In this document: positions 58,668 to 64,000 of the stretch, piece after piece
Layout: each line of letters begins with the position of its first letter
Position numbering within the stretch: position 1 is the stretch's first letter
Assembly (NCBI GenBank): GCA_963821525.1
Contig: CAWGED010000005.1
Location: forward strand, 1,200,012-1,264,011
Source of the DNA: an uncultured Gemmatimonadales bacterium
GTDB lineage: Bacteria; Gemmatimonadota; Gemmatimonadetes; Gemmatimonadales; GWC2-71-9
Length of the DNA stretch: 64,000 nt
Reading direction: 5' to 3'
The notes under the pieces: generated by a model
The model's database searches: none
What the model was told of the DNA's origin: nothing
The model's input: only the letters and a program-made list of their open reading frames with translations
Program-made: the position numbers and the translations under genes

Positions 58668-59018
58668 GTGACCAGAGAGCTCAATCCCACCGCCCGGTCC
58701 GACCGGCGCTCGGACTGCCCCATCGCCTGCTCTCTCGACCTGATCGGGGACCGCTGGACCCTGCTGATCGTGCGGGACCTGTTCCGCGGAAAGCGGCGGT
58801 TTTCCGAGTTCCTGGCCGCGGACGAAGGGATCAAGACCAACATCCTGACCGATCGGCTGAAGCGGCTGGAAGAGGCAGGTCTGGTGCAGCGCTCCCCGTA
58901 TCAGAAGCACCCGCCCCGGTACGACTACTACCTGACCAGCAAGGGACGGGACCTGTCTCCGGTCCTCAATGCGATCTTCGCCTGGGGCCGGGGATACTTC
59001 GACACCCACCACACATGA
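58668..59018 (+). CDS. HxlR/DUF24 family transcriptional regulator
   Basis: CPIACSLDLIGDRWTLLIVRDL, LTDRLKRLE and YYLTSKG. Confidence 0.93.
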   Translation: MTRELNPTARSDRRSDCPIACSLDLIGDRWTLLIVRDLFRGKRRFSEFLAADEGIKTNILTDRLKRLEEAGLVQRSPYQKHPPRYDYYLTSKGRDLSPVLNAIFAWGRGYFDTHHT

Positions 59019-60085
59019 AACCCAACGACGCTAACGGTCGACTGGCCCCGGAGGACCGGCCCTTCCGGGTCCTGGTCATCGCGGGCTCCAACCGCCGCCA
59101 ATACGACTGCCCCGGGATCGACTCCAAGGCCCGGACCCTGATGTTCCGCATGGCCGACCGGCTCCCCCAGGACTGGGAGATCGACCTCGAGGATCTGGGA
59201 AACATCTGGAACCGGGAGCAGATCCGGACCTGCAACGGCTGCGTCTCCACCTCGGCGGCGCTCTGCGTCTGGCCCTGCAACTGTTACGAGAAGGGCAGCT
59301 GGAACCAGCCCGACCTCATGTGGAACCTCGACCTCTATGCCCGGCTCGACCTGGCGGACGCCTGGGCCATCATCGGGCCGGTCAACTGGTACAACGCCAC
59401 CAGCAACCTCAAGGCGATGTTCGACCGGCTGGTCTGCATGAATGGAGGGAACCCGCGGGAGGACCTGATCGGACACAAGGACCCGAGTCTCGCCATTCAG
59501 CTGGAACACTCGGCTGAGTGGAACAAGCTGAGCCAGAACCATCTCGAGGGCCGGACGGCAGGCTTTTTCTGCTATGGAGACGGCGGCGCCGACGAGCTCA
59601 CCGAATCAGGCCGGCCCCGGTTCCTGCACCACCGCTCCTATTTCGATCCGGAAGAAGAGCCGTTCGAGGACATGCGGGACGCCTATGCGCCGATCGTCTG
59701 GCAATGCCGCTACAGTGGGATCGAGGTGCCGGACGCGCTCTGGCACTATGTCGAGTTTGGGCGGGACAAGAAGTACAGCGACAACCAGGCGGAGCACATG
59801 GTGGAAGACCCGGAGGTCATGGGCGAGTTCGACGCCTGGACGGACGCGTTCGCCAAGCACGTTGCGAAGAAGAGCCAGGTGAAACCGGGGCAATACCGCG
59901 CCTACGGCTACCGCCCGCCTTCACATCTCTGGGCCGATCTCAAGACCAAGTGGCGTGGGCTGCGGATGCTCCTGGGCAGGCCGATCCCGGGAACCTCACC
60001 CGCAATCCAGAAGGAGCGGGGGTTGAACCGTGATGCGGGGATCTTCTATAAGAAGGGAGAGGGTGCGAAGCTGCGGGACTCGTGA
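59015..60085 (+). CDS. flavodoxin-fold NAD(P)H-dependent reductase with Cys cluster
   Basis: VLVIAGSNR, CNGCVST..CVWPCNC and GPVNWY..LKAMFDRL; ATGA overlap with hxlR. Confidence 0.8.
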   Translation: MKPNDANGRLAPEDRPFRVLVIAGSNRRQYDCPGIDSKARTLMFRMADRLPQDWEIDLEDLGNIWNREQIRTCNGCVSTSAALCVWPCNCYEKGSWNQPDLMWNLDLYARLDLADAWAIIGPVNWYNATSNLKAMFDRLVCMNGGNPREDLIGHKDPSLAIQLEHSAEWNKLSQNHLEGRTAGFFCYGDGGADELTESGRPRFLHHRSYFDPEEEPFEDMRDAYAPIVWQCRYSGIEVPDALWHYVEFGRDKKYSDNQAEHMVEDPEVMGEFDAWTDAFAKHVAKKSQVKPGQYRAYGYRPPSHLWADLKTKWRGLRMLLGRPIPGTSPAIQKERGLNRDAGIFYKKGEGAKLRDS

Positions 60086-60277
60086 GCCGATATGTGAGAT
60101 CCGCTGTTGTGACGGGCGTGTGCTCCGTCGAATCTTTCTAGCGCTCTCGAATCGAATCGCCGCCAGCCTTTCGGAATGGTGAAGCCTTGAGTTCAGGCCT
60201 CTCGCCCAGTGTGATCTCCTCCTCGGTTCCCTCTGGGGGCGCCAAAGCCCCTTCAGCGAACAGGCTCTCTGAAGCAG

Positions 60278-60900
60278 TCACAACTCGATTATCGCCCATG
60301 CCGCCCGAATCTCGATGGTCGCGATCTGCTCCCTTAGCTGCTCTCGCGCTGGACCTTGCTCATTCGGACGCATAGTCTTGAGCCGCACGATAAGCGACGG
60401 AAGACCGTCTAGAACCTGCTTCACATCCCTTAGGTGAATCAGTGAAGAAGTTACCGCGTGAACGGTTCTCTTGTTTGAACAAGTCAGGCCGGCTCGACAC
60501 CTCACGTAGCATGGGATGATCCAGCCAAGACCCGACTCACGAGTCGGGAACCCACCGAGCGAAGTCAATGACTTGAGACGCTCCGAGATATTTCATCAGT
60601 TCAGCCAGTGCCGCTGTCGCTAGGCTCTCCCGCTGCTCGAATGACCCTCCGCTGCTCTCGATCCCGTAACTCCGCGACATTGGCCCGAGCATGTTCAAGG
60701 GACTCTCTGGTGAAATAGGTGTACCAAACCAACCCAATCACTGTTAGCGCCGTGAGGGCGACAATCGGCTCGTAGCTAGATGGTTGGCCGCGGAATGCCG
60801 ATTGAGTTCCTGCCAAGTCGATGCCAGAATCGTCGTCGCCGTTCCGACCCAAGCGACGATCAGAGGAGATCGCCGTTTGGGTCCGAAGCCTTGCTCAAGA
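60278..60900 (-). pseudogene. fragmented hypothetical membrane protein
   Basis: TM-like segment IVALTALTVIGLVWYTYFTRESL in one frame with protein-like continuations in others; lower GC than flanks; boundaries approximate. Confidence 0.3.
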
Positions 60901-61066
60901 GCGTTTCCCCCCTGTAGACGACTCGGCTGGAGGGATTCTTCCCGGAGGGTCGGTTCCTTGAGGTTCGAATTGGGCACAGAAACCACGGTTGGGCCAAATC
61001 CCGGTCCAGGGTCGAGCGACAGCGAGGCTTCTGGGCGGTCCTTAGGCTTGATTGACTTGCTCATTA

Positions 61067-61121
61067 TGCCCGAGGCGAGAGTCGAACTCGCACGGGGTTG
61101 CCCCCGGCGGATTTTGAGTCC
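61067..61121 (-). mobile_element. tRNA-Leu(CAA) 3' fragment, probable att site of an integrated element
   Basis: GGA-CTCAAAA-TCCGC, long variable arm GGGG-CAA-CCCC, T-arm GCGAG-TTCGACT-CTCGC and acceptor 3' strand CTCGGGCA; D-arm and 5' acceptor strand absent. Confidence 0.85.
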
Positions 61122-61568
61122 TGTCTTGGATGGCGTTATTCGCGTGTTTCCCCGTAGGGAGCCGGGTGTAGAAGCGGTGAAGTGGGGTCAAGAAGGGCCA
61201 AATTGTTTGAGCCGTGGCCCGGGGAACGACCCAGGTCATAAATGACACGCTGCTAGATTATCCGAGGAAGCGAACCGAACCTGAACAGGAGTGAGTTATG
61301 CCCGAAGGTCCTTTTGAAGAGCTCGGCCGGAGACTGTGGAGCGGCAATATCACATCGGATGGGTCTTGCGATGTCGATTACACGCGCAAGAAGTACTCTC
61401 GATGATTCAAAGCCGCTCGATGACTATTGGCTTGAATTAGCCCGAGAGGTCAGTCGAGAACTGGGTGCCAGGCGCGACCGGCTTTTTGGCGGGCCGGGCG
61501 ACGTTCAGCGCGAACATGCTTGAGGCAGCACGCCACGGGCCACAGTAACCAAAGAAAGGAGGAGAAGA

Positions 61569-62063
61569 GTGGAACGCAATCGGGGTTGGGACCACGATAT
61601 TCGGCTGGCAACCGAGGAGGAGCGAAAGCTCTGGAAAGCAGACGAACCGAGTTTTGGTCCTCATTGCCGGTACTGCAAGTTGGGGGTGGCCTACGTCGCC
61701 AGTTGGACTCGTTGGCATGGGACGCGGAGTGCGGTCACAGGAACGGAAAAACGAGAACCCTGGCGCCGCGAAATCAATCTCTGTGAGTTCCACGGCAGAG
61801 AATGGATTGCTCTGTATCAGCTTCCGATCGTGGGACAAAAACCACCACTACCCATTCCCACACCCCTCTGCCCCTCTTGCGGTCTCTCCGTAGGCCTCGA
61901 CCACACCATGAAACTGATGACTGAGCTCGGGCTGGGTATTCACGAGATCGAGTTTCAGTGCACGGAATGTCGGCGCGACTTTACCGCCACCCTGGCCTTT
62001 GGGCGGCAGATCGAGTCCCATGCCGGACCGGCCACGCTGCCGCCCGCGAGTCTTGCACCATAG
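61569..62063 (+). CDS. hypothetical protein with Cys/His zinc-finger-like motifs
   Basis: CRYC, CEFH, CPSC and CTEC; AGGAGG RBS upstream of the GTG. Confidence 0.55.
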   Translation: MERNRGWDHDIRLATEEERKLWKADEPSFGPHCRYCKLGVAYVASWTRWHGTRSAVTGTEKREPWRREINLCEFHGREWIALYQLPIVGQKPPLPIPTPLCPSCGLSVGLDHTMKLMTELGLGIHEIEFQCTECRRDFTATLAFGRQIESHAGPATLPPASLAP

Positions 62064-62292
62064 TGATACGCTTGTCGTCACTTGTCGTCAAAGGGCAGTG
62101 CCTCGCGCAGTTAGGGGCCCTGCCCTTCGCCGTTCGTACCCAGCATAGACAGCCCTTCACGCACAGAAGACGCACAACGGCGCGAGCGAAAGAGCTACGG
62201 CCCTTCTTGTACAGTTAGTGTGGGCTAGTGCTCGGCTACATCAGCGGCGACGGGGTTCTGGAAGTGTGTGCGAGCGCCACAGTTAGTCGCTC

Positions 62293-62351
62293 GGGTCCGT
62301 CGGTGCTGGCGCCTCCAAGCAGGAGGTCGCGTTCGAATCGCGCCGGGCCCG
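62293..62351 (+). pseudogene. decayed tRNA-like sequence (Arg-like)
   Basis: GGGTCCG...CGGGCCC acceptor stem, GTTCGAATC T-loop and GCCTCC-AAGC anticodon remnant; D-arm missing. Confidence 0.5.
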
Positions 62352-62426
62352 CTCACCACCATCTAGACCAGATGGTGGGCTGATATCTGGGACTTCCCAT
62401 GGCGAGAGGCACATCAACCACACGCC

Positions 62427-63009
62427 TCAGAGTAGTGCCTTCAGAATCTGTTCCTTGCGAACATGTGTTGGACAGATCTCCGAGGCAAGGGAGCAGTGCT
62501 TAAGTTCATGCAGTCGTGCAGTAGTGCTTCTGAATGTTCTTCCGAATTTGGCCGGGGAAACTATTCGTAGTGCTTTTGTAACTGATTGGTAGAAGATTGA
62601 ATATCTTCGACGCAATGGATGGCTTTGTGGAAAACATCGCGACTTCGTTCTCGACGCCCGGAGCGGGTTCTAAAGCGATAATTACGTCCGCAGACGTCGC
62701 TTGAACTATTTCCAATGTGATCGCGTCACTCGCTGCAATGCGAAATCGTTCTCTCACCTGCTTTGCGTATTCCTTCTGTTCAGGGAAGTAGGCGATGACT
62801 CCTGGGAGCTTTAGTAGACGATCCCGAATCTGCTTTCGTTTTTCGTAAAGGCGGTTCTCCTTGCCCGGACCAAAAACCAGCACGTGAACGGGAGTTTCAT
62901 TTAGCCTCCTTTCCACTTCATCAAGTTTTGGGCTTATGGACTCGGCAAAGGTTCTTAGTGGACCTTTGAAGGAAGACACGGCGTCATCGCTACTCTTCCG
63001 CCCGCTCAC
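62427..63009 (-). CDS. nucleoside deoxyribosyltransferase-like / retron St85-effector-like protein (C-terminal frameshift)
   Basis: VLVFGPG, RKQIRDRL, AYFPE, LEIVQATSADVIIALEPAPGVENEVAMF and SF follow the motif order of NDT-fold retron effectors. Confidence 0.55.
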
Positions 63010-63469
63010 GCCAGTCCGGCCTGTTTGACGAGCGCAAACCCTCTTGTACTGGCGCCGACCCTAGCACCTTCACTATCGAGAAGTCCCCGATCATACAGAT
63101 CGAAGATTGTCTCAAACACTTTCGATCGGTCACCGTATTCGATGAGCTGGTCAACGGAGATTGGGGCATGAGCAGCCACGAACGCCAAGAGCGTGAGTAC
63201 AAACCTAGGATCTCTGGATAAGAGTTCAGCCGTTCGCCGAGCCTCTTCCAGCCGTTGTTCTGGTCCCCAATCGGCCAGCTTCCATGTTCATTCAGCGTGG
63301 CATCAACCCAGCTATCTCCACGGTCTCTCGGCACCTTGGTTTCAGGCCCAGGATGCAGTGTAGTTACCAGTGCATCAGGCTGGTCCCTTGAGGTTGCATC
63401 GGCCTCTTCATTGGACGATGACGAGATTGAGGCTGCCTGGGTTGTCTCGAGCATTTTTTGGGTTGTCAT
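63006..63469 (-). CDS. hypothetical protein with disordered N-terminus and winged-HTH-like C-terminus (frameshift near 63200)
   Basis: ORF 62990..63469 N-part joined to 63006..63188 (ISVDQL..VFETIFDLYDRGLL..STRG); 4-bp overlaps with both neighbours. Confidence 0.5.
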
Positions 63470-64000
63470 TGGATTTTCGCCTCCTCTTCGCTCAAGAGCT
63501 TGGCTGCCACGGCTTCTGCCACCTTGAATAGAGACTGATGTTCCCCGATTAAGTGGTCGATCTGCTCTCTTTTCCGAATGTTGGTGATGTAGCGATCCAA
63601 ATCGATCAGAAGAGCTCCGTCCTGGATGGCCACTGGTTCCCTTGAACGCTTGTACGGATAGTCACTTATGAACTTTGCCGCTTGTTCAGCGGTAAGGACA
63701 CCGATTGAAATATTGAGACCGTCTTCCTCGGAACCGTGATAGACCGAACAGGCAAAGTCGCGGGGCGGACCATAGGTATTCACCATCCACCACGGTAGCT
63801 GACCAGTTAAGACGCGAGTCCTTACTTGAGGTAGCAATTTCGCGAACGATGAACCCTCAGTTACACACTGGATCCGCCATCCGAAGCGAGCTGGCTCTGA
63901 ACCAGCAACCACTGAGTTCAGATAATCGTCCACCACTGCGACGACGTGCTTTCGAAGAGAGGGGAATCACGGGAATCATCAAAATCGAACCCGAGGAAAG
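63466..64000 (-). CDS. hypothetical protein, possibly TIGR04255-like (5' end outside window)
   Basis: PARFGWRIQ and LLIDLDRY loosely resemble the RIGLRY and LDID motifs; an open alternate frame reaches the window edge. Confidence 0.4.

Larger units (their letters stand above)
61122..64000. mobile_element. end of a genomic island (continues past the right edge)
   Basis: Adjoins the tRNA fragment on its missing-5' side. GC drops (hand count 25/60 in line 62581 versus 44/60 in line 7021). Only hypothetical or defence-like genes; no integrase in the window. Confidence 0.7.

Noticed and set aside
60955..60980. GGTTCGAAT as another tRNA T-loop
   Set aside because: The flanking bases do not form a T-stem or acceptor stem.
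61067..61150. Intact tRNA-Leu gene
   Set aside because: The 5' acceptor strand and D-arm are missing, and the anticodon stem pairs for only 3 bp.
62064..64000. Complete retron
   Set aside because: No reverse transcriptase motifs in the window and no convincing msr-msd inverted repeats; an RT beyond the edge cannot be excluded.

Overview
High-GC bacterial chromosome segment, most likely Gemmatimonadota (inferred from gene order and protein style, not from a marker gene). Many single-base indels split essential genes, which suggests an unpolished long-read assembly. Left to right, mostly on the minus strand: UPF0182 protein, PMM/PGM, complete nuoA-N operon with a Rex-like operator, dcd, M1 aminopeptidase, an Ig-like/LVIVD lipoprotein, an outer-membrane protein, sdhCAB, mdh, trmL, moaDEA, HU, carA, secG, tpiA-pgk-gap, comF, aroE, LMW phosphatase, ispD, radA, dnaB, UDG, coaBC, rpoZ, gmk, yicC, a plug-domain OM protein, pepA and a divergent citrate synthase. 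Next comes an Rrf2/YezD/porin/sbp/sulfite-oxidase/cysTWA sulfur-uptake cluster, then AI-2E, and HxlR with a flavodoxin-fold reductase. A 55-bp tRNA-Leu(CAA) 3' fragment at 61067-61121 marks the edge of a lower-GC island. The island carries a decayed tRNA and a tightly coupled three-gene module ending in an NDT/retron-effector-like protein, a candidate defence system. The most striking unannotated structure is a set of about 10 palindromic elements built from inverted arrays of 7-, 8- or 10-bp tandem repeats. They sit at gene junctions, one is nested inside another, and some are translated within radA, UDG and a signal peptide.
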